A stretch of DNA of 64,000 nucleotides, taken from positions 2,064 through 66,063 of the forward strand of contig JBDSNU010000018.1 of NCBI GenBank assembly GCA_039915165.1. The letters are read 5' to 3'. How positions within the stretch are numbered: the stretch's first letter is position 1; every line of letters starts with the position of its first letter. The notes under the pieces are model-generated. The model was given only the letters and a program-made list of their open reading frames with translations, ran no database searches and was not told the DNA's origin. The translations under genes and the position numbers were made by a program. Below, in pieces: positions 49,360 to 57,808 of the stretch. This stretch comes from Minisyncoccota bacterium. GTDB lineage: Bacteria > Patescibacteriota > Minisyncoccia > Phycocordibacterales > UBA9973.

Positions 49360-50910
49360 TTACTTCACCCGATGCTTCTGCCTCAACCCTTCAACCTCAG
49401 CTTCATTTGCACCCTCCTTTTTATCCTTCGCTTTTTCCCCGAGAATTTTCAAGGCTGAGTCATTTAGGGCCTCAAAAGCAGTTACACGCTCAGTTAATGC
49501 TTCAATTGTGTTAATTTCAGGATTATCGAGCACTTCTTCAAGTAATGCGTGTAAAATCCAGCCCATTCTCGGTCCCGGTTTCATGTGTAACGTTTCCATC
49601 AGATATTTACCATCGATAGCTAGTTGAGAAACACTTATTGGGTCACGAAGCGCTTCCTCGATCATTGCATGGTATTTTCTTAATCTATATGGTGCTTCAG
49701 CCTTTTTCATCCCCACACGGTCACATTCACGAACTTCCATCAGTAACCAAATAGCTTTTTCACGCCGGCCCTGAGTATAGTCGAAGGGTGATACCTTCTG
49801 AATAATGCGCCGAACAGCAGAAAGAGTGATTTGTTCAGTATCTGAGAAAAACATGTGATTTCTGACCAGAGAAACAACTAAACTGCTTGTTTCACGTGAA
49901 AGTTTCATTCTCTCTAAGATCTTCTTAGTCATTCGGGTCCCAACCACTTCATGACCAAAGAATGTGTACTTATCCTTATTTGAGTCATAGCGACGAGTGA
50001 CAGGCTTACCGATATCATGAAATAGGGCAGTAAGGCGTACTTCTAGTGAGAAATGCTTATCAGCAGCATGCTGAAGCGCGTGTAACAGATGATTGTATAC
50101 ATCATAGATATGAGCACCTTTTTGTTCACAACCTATACCTTCCTCGAACTCTGGGGCAATTGTGTGTAACAATCCAGCTTTCTGAAGTAGATCAATACCT
50201 AGGGCCGGATGCTCAGATTGGATGATTTTAAGGAATTCATCGCGGATACGTTCTTGTGAAATCTTAGTTAGAAGCGAGGATTTAGCAGTTAAAGCAGTCC
50301 ATGTTGTTGGTTCAATAGAAAAATTAAGGGTTGTGGAAAACCTCACCGCCCGCATCATGCGCAAGGCATCCTCTTCAAAGCGCGTAGGGGCATCAAGGAC
50401 ACATCTAATTATTTTGTCCTTTATATCAGACTGTCCTTTAAAAATGTCTACAATTTGTCCATTTTGGACGTTATAAGCGATACTGTTTATTGTAAAATCA
50501 CGTCGCTCCAGGTCTTTTGCTAACTGTGTTTCATATGTAACACTATCCGGACGGCGATTATCTGTATAAATACCCTCTGAACGGTATGTTGTTACTTGAA
50601 CTTCCATTGGCGCGACATAGCTATTTATAGCGGAGGCGGGTGAAACATTCCTAAGTGTTTCATCAGCAGCTAGGTCAATTACTGTAACTGTGCCAAATGC
50701 ATTCTCATATACGGTTTTGAGGTCAGGGAAGCAGGCTGCAATCTGGTCAGGATGAGCATTTGTGGTCACGTCCCAGTCTTTCGGTGTTCTCCCTAGTAAT
50801 AAGTCGCGTACGCAGCCACCAACTAAGTAGGCTTCGTAATTGTTATCTTGTAGAGTCTTCGTTACATGTGAAACGAAAGAGGGGATCTTTGAAGCGTCTA
50901 TTGTATCCAT
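49360..50910 (-). CDS. cca: CCA-adding tRNA nucleotidyltransferase with HD domain
   Basis: LVGGCVRDLLLGRTPKDWDVTT head motif; HD motif FHDIGK. Start at MDTIDASK because the longer ORF overlaps tRNA-Arg. Confidence 0.8.
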   Translation of the reverse strand: MDTIDASKIPSFVSHVTKTLQDNNYEAYLVGGCVRDLLLGRTPKDWDVTTNAHPDQIAACFPDLKTVYENAFGTVTVIDLAADETLRNVSPASAINSYVAPMEVQVTTYRSEGIYTDNRRPDSVTYETQLAKDLERRDFTINSIAYNVQNGQIVDIFKGQSDIKDKIIRCVLDAPTRFEEDALRMMRAVRFSTTLNFSIEPTTWTALTAKSSLLTKISQERIRDEFLKIIQSEHPALGIDLLQKAGLLHTIAPEFEEGIGCEQKGAHIYDVYNHLLHALQHAADKHFSLEVRLTALFHDIGKPVTRRYDSNKDKYTFFGHEVVGTRMTKKILERMKLSRETSSLVVSLVRNHMFFSDTEQITLSAVRRIIQKVSPFDYTQGRREKAIWLLMEVRECDRVGMKKAEAPYRLRKYHAMIEEALRDPISVSQLAIDGKYLMETLHMKPGPRMGWILHALLEEVLDNPEINTIEALTERVTAFEALNDSALKILGEKAKDKKEGANEAEVEGLRQKHRVK

Positions 50911-50949
50911 ATTATTGCCCCTTGCTTGAATAAGCGAAGTTTTAAATTG

Positions 50950-51021
50950 TGCACCTACCAGGATTCGAACCCAGAACAACGGTTCCGAAGACCGTTGTGA
51001 TATCCATTTCACCATAGGTGC
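50950..51021 (-). tRNA. tRNA-Arg (anticodon TCG)
   Basis: Hand-folded cloverleaf: acceptor GCACCTA/TAGGTGC, D arm GTGA/TCAC, anticodon stem ACGGT/ACCGT with loop CTTCGGA, T-loop TTCGAAT (T-stem has two G-U pairs). No encoded CCA. Confidence 0.65.
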
Positions 51022-51051
51022 GTACTAATAACAGTTAAACTATAGCATTTG

Positions 51052-51108
51052 CCGCACAAATAGCAAAAACCCTCAGATGTAATCTGAGGGTTTTTGCTAT
51101 TTGTGCGG
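51052..51108. repeat. 57-nt perfect palindrome (26-bp arms, 5-nt loop) between tRNA-Arg and tRNA-Gly; contains a canonical terminator core
   Basis: ccgcacaaatagcaaaaaccctcaga-tgtaa-tctgagggtttttgctatttgtgcgg. The right arm overlaps the last 5 nt of tRNA-Gly(GCC). Confidence 0.75.
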
Positions 51109-51174
51109 CTACAGAGAATCGAACTCTGGTCTCGTCCTTGGCAAGGACGCATTCTACCACTAAACCATAACCGC
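51104..51174 (-). tRNA. tRNA-Gly (anticodon GCC)
   Basis: Cloverleaf: acceptor GCGGTTA/TAGCCGC, anticodon stem CGTCC/GGACG with loop TTGCCAA, T arm CAGAG-TTCGATT-CTCTG. Confidence 0.8.
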
Positions 51175-51489
51175 TATGATCTGCGAACAAAAATAGTATA
51201 ACGGTTTCTGTAAGTTTTGCAATGCCACTTATTATATAGGTGCTTGTCCAATGGTATATGTAATAGGTCAACAGTCTTTTAGACAAAACACGTCCGATAT
51301 TGTCGCAATGACACTGAAAAAGCTCATTAATTGACAAAACTGTGGATAACTGTGTGTGTAAGAGGGATAAAAGACCGGCTTTTATCAAGAGACTTTTATG
51401 TCTTTTTTAAATATCCTTTATTATATATAGGTATAATTGATTTACATGGGGAACAGAGCTATATAGTTTCACGTGAAACATATCTACCG

Positions 51490-51858
51490 TTGATAACTAT
51501 ATTTACTTCAAAAACCCAGCAATTAGGCCAAAGAGGAGAGGATGAGGCCGTAGTGTTTCTCATGAAACATGGTTTTAAGATTGTGGAACGAAATGTGCAC
51601 AGTCGAAATGGGGAGATCGATATAATTGCAAAAAAGAAGCGGATCTATTATTTCTTTGAAGTGAAGGCGGGAAAGCAGGGAAGCTGGTTCAATCCCGCAG
51701 ATAACTTAACTAGAGACAAGCTCAAGAAGTTTCATAAGGCAGTTGAGTACTATCGCTTCAAACATCGGTTCAAAGAGTACAAAGTTCAAGGTATGTTGGT
51801 CTGGTTACACTACGACGAAAAAATACCCCCAGTCATTGAAATAATAGACCTTTCGTAG
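51490..51858 (+). CDS. YraN-family (UPF0102) endonuclease; likely non-ATG (TTG) start
   Basis: LGQRGEDEAVVFLMKHGFKIVERNVHSRNGEIDIIA...FFEVK family signature. The N-terminal 50 aa of the ORF-track call are unsupported. Confidence 0.65.
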   Translation: MITIFTSKTQQLGQRGEDEAVVFLMKHGFKIVERNVHSRNGEIDIIAKKKRIYYFFEVKAGKQGSWFNPADNLTRDKLKKFHKAVEYYRFKHRFKEYKVQGMLVWLHYDEKIPPVIEIIDLS

Positions 51859-51897
51859 TACTATACGTGAGCTAGGCATTTGGCCTGAATAGAATAT

Positions 51898-51970
51898 CGG
51901 GATGTGGTGTAACGGCTAACATGCCTCTTTTGGGAAGAGGTGACTCAGGGTTCGAATCCCTGCATCCCGA
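51898..51970 (+). tRNA. tRNA-Pro (anticodon TGG)
   Basis: C1:G72 acceptor CGGGATG/CATCCCG, anticodon stem CCTCT/AGAGG with loop TTTGGGA, T arm CAGGG-TTCGAAT-CCCTG. Confidence 0.85.
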
Positions 51971-52006
51971 CACTGAGGGAACTACAAAAAAATCAAAAAA
52001 ACCCAT

Positions 52007-52037
52007 ACAAAATAAGGTCTATACGACCTTATTTTGT
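52007..52037 (+). terminator. Hairpin terminator after tRNA-Pro (acaaaataaggtc-tatac-gaccttattttgt)
   Basis: Perfect 13-bp inverted repeat. Confidence 0.55.
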
Positions 52038-52054
52038 ATTCCGCGTCAAAGGGG

Positions 52055-52078
52055 AGATAGGGATTAGAACTGTGTATG
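52055..52078. repeat. Inverted, degenerate copy of the tRNA-Pro 3' end (ggggagatagggattagaactgtg)
   Basis: Reverse complement cacagttctaatccctatctcccc against tRNA-Pro 3' agggttcgaatccctgcatccc. Confidence 0.4.
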
Positions 52079-52124
52079 CACTATAAAAAAAGCGGCCAAT
52101 ATATTGGCCGCTACCTAGTTTTCG

Positions 52125-52532
52125 TTAAACGATTGAATTTATCGCATTTTCATATTCTTGGATCTCTTTATCTACTTCCGTCAAAACACTTTCCTGTACT
52201 TTTTGAAACCTTTTGGTTTTAATTGATCGGAGATCTTTTTTGAGCAGCTTTCGAGCGATTTTCTTCTTCTTCGCAACAGTGCTAAAGATCTTTCCAACGT
52301 TGTACATTACAATCAAGGAATAAATTATTCCCATTGTGTAAAAATAGAGTCCAAAATCTAATCGGCCTATAAATTTATTGAACAGGCACTCTACTAGTAG
52401 GGTGCCAATGGTTCCACCTATGGCCACTGAAATTATTAACTTTATTATTTTTTCAACTTTACTATTTACTTTGATAGAAGCTTTTTTGATTGCGCTATCA
52501 ATTAAGTACTGTGATTCAGGTGTATTTTTCAT
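52125..52532 (-). CDS. Small membrane protein (135 aa), unknown; followed by palindrome agcggccaatatattggccgct
   Basis: Two predicted TM helices and a Lys-rich C-terminus; terminator-like perfect palindrome at 52091-52112. Confidence 0.4.
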   Translation of the reverse strand: MKNTPESQYLIDSAIKKASIKVNSKVEKIIKLIISVAIGGTIGTLLVECLFNKFIGRLDFGLYFYTMGIIYSLIVMYNVGKIFSTVAKKKKIARKLLKKDLRSIKTKRFQKVQESVLTEVDKEIQEYENAINSIV

Positions 52533-52705
52533 ATTGTTATGTTTTAAGGGTTATCTAAAAACCCCTTCATTAGATTCTTAGAAAGCCCTTAAAACAATTT
52601 AAAAGAACATTTAAATAGTATCACGATTTTAGTAAAATGTCAATATCTCATGATACATTACAATATCAAAAAAAGCCCTAAAATGAGCTTGTTGTATAAC
52701 GTTGG

Positions 52706-52880
52706 ACTACATGTCTAAATCTTGGAACGAGTCTGTACTCTCAGGATGTTTGGTGCACAGCCTAACATAGCCCAGCAACAGACTAGCTTTCTCGTATGTT
52801 TCACGATCAGAGAGTTCAATGCCGTAAAGTTTCTTGCATAACTCTTTAAATGTTTGCAGTCGATGAGGTTTGATTTCCAT
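52706..52880 (-). CDS. Mini-gene (57 aa), paralogue of 53761..53958; unknown function
   Basis: Frame chosen by paralogy: MEIKPHRLQTFKELCKKLYGIELSDRETYEKASLLLGYVRLCTK against MQIKPERLKIFKELYKEMHGVELTDAEAYKSASALLGFVSLCIK. The ORF-track frame at 52715-52936 is a different, unsupported frame. Confidence 0.4.
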
Positions 52881-53009
52881 AAGGCATAGATTACAGTTAT
52901 TTGGACTTTTTGCAATGTCACGTCTGTGTTTTTCATTTTGACAACGGACAGCTAAAACTCTCCTGCTAAAAAAGCACCCGGTATTAAGGGGTGCTTTGGG
53001 GTGCGAATC

Positions 53010-53216
53010 TTAGCATTCTCGTAAACCAGTTCTGAAATGTTTGAACACAAGAACTGTTGCCGCAATGAAGGAAATACAACCGAGCGGAATTCCTAATGGG
53101 ATTTCTTTATACGTGCTGTAAACAATAGTGCCGAGTATTCCACCAAGAACTGTACTTGCTGTGCCCATCAATATCATAAGTATTACTGACTGCACATTTG
53201 GAGATAGATATTTCAT
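53010..53216 (-). CDS. Small hydrophobic protein (68 aa, two TM)
   Basis: ORF with hairpin terminator aagcaccc..gggtgctt downstream. Confidence 0.35.
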   Translation of the reverse strand: MKYLSPNVQSVILMILMGTASTVLGGILGTIVYSTYKEIPLGIPLGCISFIAATVLVFKHFRTGLREC

Positions 53217-53525
53217 AGTCGCGGGATTTTATTTATTGCATTGTGCAATATTTTTTTATATAAGTCAATAAATATGCTGCCTCCCGGAGTTGCCTTTCAA
53301 ACCTGCATTGTATATAGTATTCACAGTCAAAAAGAGTGTACTTTAAACTATTCCTTTTTGGGTAAATGTTCGGTAAAAGTTCTAATGTGATCCCTAAGGG
53401 ACGACACTGATCGATTGCGATCATGGTAAAATAAAATAGTAATGTTACGCAGATAAAAGCGGGCATTGTCGCGCCGAAGTTGAAACGAAGTTCGCCTCCG
53501 TTCTCCGAACTTCGGCCCAACGAAG

Positions 53526-53596
53526 GCGGGTATAGTTTAGTGGTAGAATGACACACTTCCAATGTGTAGACCAGGGTTCGATTCCCTGTACCCGCA
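53526..53596 (+). tRNA. tRNA-Gly (anticodon TCC)
   Basis: Acceptor GCGGGTA/TACCCGC, anticodon stem ACACA/TGTGT with loop CTTCCAA, T arm CAGGG-TTCGATT-CCCTG. Confidence 0.85.
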
Positions 53597-53686
53597 CAAT
53601 ATCGAACCGTCTTTTCGGTTCACCGCTTCTTGTAAAATAAAGCCCGTTCGACAATACTCTCATTTTTTCGTCAATGAAAATGACAA

Positions 53687-53706
53687 ACGGGTATAGGGAA
53701 TCGAAC
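53687..53706. repeat. Inverted degenerate copy of the tRNA-Gly(TCC) 3' end (cgggtatagggaatcgaact), ~95 bp after the tRNA
   Basis: Reverse complement agttcgattccctatacccg matches tRNA 3' ggttcgattccctgtacccg at 18 of 20 positions. Confidence 0.5.
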
Positions 53707-53723
53707 TGTATATTCCTTATAAA

Positions 53724-53751
53724 CAAAGCCCTCTCAAACATGAGAGGGCTT
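53724..53751 (-). terminator. Hairpin terminator (aaagccctctca-aaca-tgagagggcttt) for the minus-strand mini-gene
   Basis: Perfect 11-bp stem with flanking A/T. Confidence 0.55.
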
Positions 53752-53760
53752 TGTTGCGAA

Positions 53761-53958
53761 TCACTTTCGTTCGACGACCTGTTTAGTATAGTAAAACTCT
53801 TCTGGCGTTTCCACTGGCTCAAGTGGTTTGATACATAGTGAAACAAATCCTAATAGGGCACTGGCACTTTTATATGCCTCAGCGTCCGTCAGTTCAACGC
53901 CGTGCATCTCTTTGTATAGTTCCTTAAATATCTTAAGGCGCTCGGGCTTGATTTGCAT
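53761..53958 (-). CDS. Mini-gene (65 aa), paralogue of 52706..52880
   Basis: Start at the internal MQIKPERLK, supported by alignment to the paralogue. Confidence 0.4.
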   Translation of the reverse strand: MQIKPERLKIFKELYKEMHGVELTDAEAYKSASALLGFVSLCIKPLEPVETPEEFYYTKQVVERK

Positions 53959-54008
53959 ATCATCGCAGAGTACAGGGTTTTCGGGGTTTTGCAAAGCGCC
54001 GCATTGCC

Positions 54009-54389
54009 TTGGCGGTGTCCGGTTCGGATTCGCCTATTAAGTTAAATATGGATCTGATACTATGTAGGAACTACGGCATGCTTTCAGAAGACCGAACATT
54101 TCAATACAGGGGAGTGCTAACCCTAAGGAAGAGCCGCGTTATCAACGCTCCCGACCGACCAGTGGACGACGTGGTCAACTGGCTCTTTCTTAGGGCGGGC
54201 GACGTGCAGTTCAGCTTCGTGTACAAGATCGAGCGTCCCGACGGTGCAGAATACGGAATTCCCTTTTCTGCGCATGTAGCATTCACGGCAACAGAGCATG
54301 TGCAGGAAATTCTTTTGCTGGACAAGGTGTACGAGGTCTTGAGAGGAGAAGAGCTCATCGGAAAGATTGTACTGGCTGAAAAACTGTAG
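54009..54389 (+). CDS. Hypothetical protein (126 aa) encoded in a GC-enriched (~50% GC) segment
   Basis: Clean ORF. Composition (cgaccgaccagtggacgacgtggtcaactgg...) clearly deviates from the AT-rich surroundings. Confidence 0.45.
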   Translation: MAVSGSDSPIKLNMDLILCRNYGMLSEDRTFQYRGVLTLRKSRVINAPDRPVDDVVNWLFLRAGDVQFSFVYKIERPDGAEYGIPFSAHVAFTATEHVQEILLLDKVYEVLRGEELIGKIVLAEKL

Positions 54390-54403
54390 CGCATGGCGGG
54401 TTC

Positions 54404-54438
54404 AAAAGTTCGCAACGTTATCCCTAAGTCCGCACCAA
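54404..54438 (+). repeat. Direct repeat A1 (aaaagttcgcaacgttatccctaagtccgcaccaa), resembles tRNA-Gly 3' end; second copy at 56711..56745
   Basis: 33 of 35 identical to the copy at 56711. The tail tccctaagtccgcaccaa resembles tRNA-Gly 3' tccctgtacccgcacaa. Confidence 0.55.
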
Positions 54439-54491
54439 CTCGTGCGCTCACGAGAAGCTTAGAAAAGCTCATTTTCTGATATAATTACAAT

Positions 54492-55274
54492 ATGGAAAAA
54501 CCACCCGGACCGATTGAAAACCCTGATCATGCATGGGAAGTGGCGCATGCTGAAAAGCCTCTTCGAGACATTGCTCGGGAAGAATGGGTGAGTGAAGATC
54601 AAAAGGAAGCTCTGGACGCACTTGCTGAGCAACGTGGCGAAGAGACGCTAAGTCAGCTTCTTTCGCAAGAAGTTCCACAAACCGATGCAAAATCAGAAAA
54701 TAACATCGAGTCTCACGAAGCCGTTGAAAAAATGATGGAGTTGGTAAAAAACAATCCGAACATCAATCTTATTATTGACGGTAACGGAAATGTTCTAGCT
54801 GAAGCAGGAGATAGAGATCGAAACGGTCAATCATCTTTTTATTTTGATACAAATAAGCAGCAGATGGTTCCTTCTCCAATAACTCTTGATTATGATATGC
54901 AAAGTTTTTCTAATAGAGATGAAAATTTTATCCCCTACAAGACTTATTGGAAGTTCACTACGCTTAACAAAAGCAGTAACAATCTTATTGTTGCCTGTCT
55001 CCCATTTAACCCTACTGTAAATAATCCCTATACCAAGGAGCATCGTCCTGGAACACACTTATCGTTTGGTTTAGCTTATAAAAACAACATACCTGGCTTT
55101 CTGGATTCACTTGGAAACGAGACATTGAAAGGATACTTACAAAACCCCGATACCGAAGAGTCTAAAAACTTCTTCACGAAAGTCTTTACTGAAGGCGCTA
55201 AAGAATTCACCCCAAAGTATTGGGAAGCTTTTGTTAACGATTACAATAGTTATAAGAATCATACTAGAAAGTAA
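54492..55274 (+). CDS. Hypothetical protein (260 aa)
   Basis: Clean ORF with no recognisable motif. Confidence 0.45.
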   Translation: MEKPPGPIENPDHAWEVAHAEKPLRDIAREEWVSEDQKEALDALAEQRGEETLSQLLSQEVPQTDAKSENNIESHEAVEKMMELVKNNPNINLIIDGNGNVLAEAGDRDRNGQSSFYFDTNKQQMVPSPITLDYDMQSFSNRDENFIPYKTYWKFTTLNKSSNNLIVACLPFNPTVNNPYTKEHRPGTHLSFGLAYKNNIPGFLDSLGNETLKGYLQNPDTEESKNFFTKVFTEGAKEFTPKYWEAFVNDYNSYKNHTRK

Positions 55275-55365
55275 AATTCACTAGCGCACGAGAAGAGTCA
55301 ATCTGATATACTTAAAACATTAAAAATAACCTTGCAGGGCAAGGAACTGTTCGGTTTTATCACGA

Positions 55366-55377
55366 GTACCCGCACAA
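55366..55377 (+). repeat. Exact 12-nt direct repeat of the tRNA-Gly(TCC) 3' end (gtacccgcacaa); attR-like core
   Basis: Identical to 53585-53596. Confidence 0.4.
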
Positions 55378-55463
55378 AATAAAAATGACATCGTCATTTT
55401 TCACTCATGCGAGACAATGCTTCGTTTTCAATACTTTTTCATTCTTGTCAAAAAATAGGCGAA

Positions 55464-55483
55464 CAGGTATAGGGAATCGAACC
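55464..55483. repeat. Inverted tRNA T-arm-like fragment (caggtatagggaatcgaacc) followed by an imperfect hairpin
   Basis: Same motif gtatagggaatcgaac as at 53690. Confidence 0.45.
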
Positions 55484-55526
55484 AAATAAATAAGCCTCTC
55501 ATATATTATGAAAGGCTTATTGGAAT

Positions 55527-55853
55527 TTACGCATATTGTCTAAAAAAAGAATGTTCTGACCTCCAGATCATATTTTTCAATTTCTGGTTTTTTGCGCACG
55601 CAAGTTTTACACTCACTGCTCCAAGCGGTGTAGTTATCACAGATAAAAGCATAAAGCATATCCACGGTAACCAATTCATCTTTCTTGAGTAACTATCCCA
55701 AGCTGTACAGCCCCTGCCTTCTTTATTGAACCCAGGGTAAACGCTCAGGTCATTTTCTATAGTAAGGAACCCGAAGAAAAGAGAAGCAAAAAATGTTATT
55801 GCGATAGAAATCGAAATAATTAAGGAAAGATTGTCTAAAATTAGATTTTTCAT
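55527..55853 (-). CDS. Small membrane protein (108 aa)
   Basis: Two hydrophobic helices. Confidence 0.4.
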   Translation of the reverse strand: MKNLILDNLSLIISISIAITFFASLFFGFLTIENDLSVYPGFNKEGRGCTAWDSYSRKMNWLPWICFMLLSVITTPLGAVSVKLACAKNQKLKNMIWRSEHSFFRQYA

Positions 55854-55972
55854 GATTAAATTTTTAATGTTTTGATTTATAAATATGATAGCATATTATA
55901 TTTATTTTGTCAACATAAACATGATGACAAAATAAAACACGTCAAATCACCTATGTTTGCTATACTTTAATC

Positions 55973-56698
55973 ATGAAATCTACCCTTAAGGATCTTGGGC
56001 TTACGTCGAATGAAATTACTGTCTACGAGGCCTTGGTAAAGTTAAAAGGGTCATCTTCTGCGGGAGACATAATCAAGTTTTCAAACCTTCATCGAAACAT
56101 CGTCTACGATTGCTTGTCTCATTTAGAGAATAAGGGGTTGGTTCAGGAAGTAGAAAAGAACAAGAAGAAATTCTTCAACTTAAAAAGCCCCGATTCATTA
56201 ATTACAGGTTTTGAAAAACAGATAAAAAGCGTTGGCGAACTGTCAAAAATTATCCAAGCGCTCCCATTTGCCAGTGGACACGAAGTTTCTATCTATGAGG
56301 GAAGTATTGCTTGGCAGGAAGCATGGAGTAATGTCATGCAAAATCTCAAACCTAAAAGTACTTTCTATACTATTGGTATGGCGGGAGATCCTTGGGTCAA
56401 ACTAATGGGTGAGACATTCGTTGAGTATGAGCAATGGGCATTGAAAAATAAAGTCACAGACAAGATTATTTCCCAGAAACATCTTCAGAAGGAAATCGAA
56501 GCACACCAAAACAAGCAGTTCTGTGATATCAGGTATATCGATATTGATTTGTCTGCTCACACCAGCATTGAAATTTTTGAAGATAGAGTATTCTTCGAGA
56601 TATATGACAACCCCCAGACTTTGATTGAAATTAGAAGCATGGCCTTAGTCATAACCTTCAAGGCGTATTTTGAACTACTGTGGAAGACCGGCAAGTAA
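55973..56698 (+). CDS. TrmB-like winged-HTH transcriptional regulator (241 aa)
   Basis: N-terminus LGLTSNEITVYEALVKLKGSSSAGDIIKFSNLHRNIVYDCLSHLENKGLV typical of TrmB-family wHTH. Confidence 0.5.
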   Translation: MKSTLKDLGLTSNEITVYEALVKLKGSSSAGDIIKFSNLHRNIVYDCLSHLENKGLVQEVEKNKKKFFNLKSPDSLITGFEKQIKSVGELSKIIQALPFASGHEVSIYEGSIAWQEAWSNVMQNLKPKSTFYTIGMAGDPWVKLMGETFVEYEQWALKNKVTDKIISQKHLQKEIEAHQNKQFCDIRYIDIDLSAHTSIEIFEDRVFFEIYDNPQTLIEIRSMALVITFKAYFELLWKTGK

Positions 56699-56710
56699 TG
56701 ATTGGTGTGT

Positions 56711-56745
56711 AAAAGTTCGCAACGTTGTCCCTAAGCCCGCACCAA
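56711..56745 (+). repeat. Direct repeat A2 (aaaagttcgcaacgttgtccctaagcccgcaccaa)
   Basis: Second copy of repeat A, immediately after the TrmB-like stop. Confidence 0.55.
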
Positions 56746-56782
56746 ATAAAAACACTCATATTTATATGAGTGTTTTTATTTC

Positions 56783-57223
56783 TTATTTTGCACTAACCTC
56801 ATAATAATACCTCCCATGCGTCGAAGATAATGATTTCTTCGCTACGAGTTCGCCCGATGTAATTTTTGATTCAAGAGATTGTTTTGTTGGAACAGGACCG
56901 AATTCTTCTTCGCATGTATGCCATTTTTGCACCTCAACCCATTGGTTGTCAGTGATCACACACTGCTCGGTATTATTGCAATCTTTTTGGCAACCGCCAC
57001 CGGCTCCGTCGAAGAATGTGGCCGCTCCACTTATTAGAATATTGTTTTTGAAAGTATATGTTTCATCTAGTAGGCGCGTGCCACCTGAGCTCGTGAAGTC
57101 AGCATGGGTGGTAATAGTGAAACTGGAAGGTAGGTGGTCAGAATGGAGTTTTACCAATGCTGCACAGGCGATACAAACAATCACAACGATTATTATGGCC
57201 CATATAGTAAATTTATTTTTCAT
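56783..57223 (-). CDS. N-terminally anchored Cys-containing protein (146 aa)
   Basis: TM FTIWAIIIVVIVCIACAALV. Confidence 0.4.
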   Translation of the reverse strand: MKNKFTIWAIIIVVIVCIACAALVKLHSDHLPSSFTITTHADFTSSGGTRLLDETYTFKNNILISGAATFFDGAGGGCQKDCNNTEQCVITDNQWVEVQKWHTCEEEFGPVPTKQSLESKITSGELVAKKSLSSTHGRYYYEVSAK

Positions 57224-57262
57224 AATTCATTTATACAGCAAAATGGTATAATTGCATATTAT

Positions 57263-57799
57263 ATGGTCAAAACATCACCAAAAGAATACTCTTTCAAAAC
57301 AATGAAGTCTCCAGTCGGGGAATTGAAGCTTGTTGCTAGTGATGCTGGCCTCGCTGCTATTTTGTGGGAAAATGAAAAACCGAATCGTGTCGCTATCAAC
57401 AGTGCACACGAAAACAAGAAACACCCGGTTCTTGTTGAAACAGAAAAACAGCTTAAAGAATATTTTGTAGGGAAACGTCAGAAGTTTGATGTGAAGCTGG
57501 ACTTTGCTGGCACAGACTTTCAAAAGAACGTATGGAAGGCATTATTGAATATTCCCTATGGCAAAACTGTTAGTTATGCAGATATTGCTAAGAAAGTAGG
57601 GAGCCCAAACGCTGTACGTGCAGTTGGTTCAGCGAATGGCAAGAACCCGATTTGTATCATCGCCGGTTGTCATCGAGTTGTCGCTTCATCAGGGAAGCTG
57701 GCAGGATATGCAGGTGGTATTGAAAATAAAGTAATACTATTGAAACTAGAAGGAGGGAAGTTTGCAGGAAAAGCCGACAAAAACTCTCGCATGCTATAA
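57263..57799 (+). CDS. ogt: Methylated-DNA--protein-cysteine methyltransferase (Ogt/MGMT)
   Basis: IPYGKTVSYADIAKKVGSPNAVRAVGSANGKNPICIIAGCHRVV (variant of the PCHRV active site). Start at the internal MVKTSPKEY to avoid overlap. Confidence 0.7.
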   Translation: MVKTSPKEYSFKTMKSPVGELKLVASDAGLAAILWENEKPNRVAINSAHENKKHPVLVETEKQLKEYFVGKRQKFDVKLDFAGTDFQKNVWKALLNIPYGKTVSYADIAKKVGSPNAVRAVGSANGKNPICIIAGCHRVVASSGKLAGYAGGIENKVILLKLEGGKFAGKADKNSRML

Positions 57800-57808
57800 T
57801 CCTGGTAT

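Noticed and set aside
52715-52936. ORF-track 73-aa ORF MKNTDVTLQKVQ...
   Set aside because: A different frame in the same place (52706..52880) is supported by clear paralogy to 53761..53958. The track ORF is the unsupported overlapping frame.
53233-53846. ORF-track ORFs 53233..53562 and 53445..53846 (minus strand)
   Set aside because: They overlap the well-folded tRNA-Gly(TCC) at 53526-53596 and its structured leader, and start with non-ATG codons. Considered spurious.
52055-55483. The three T-arm-like fragments as tRNA pseudogenes or a tmRNA 3' end
   Set aside because: Flanking sequence cannot form acceptor, D or anticodon arms, and the T-stems have lost pairing. They look like degenerate att/tRNA relics.
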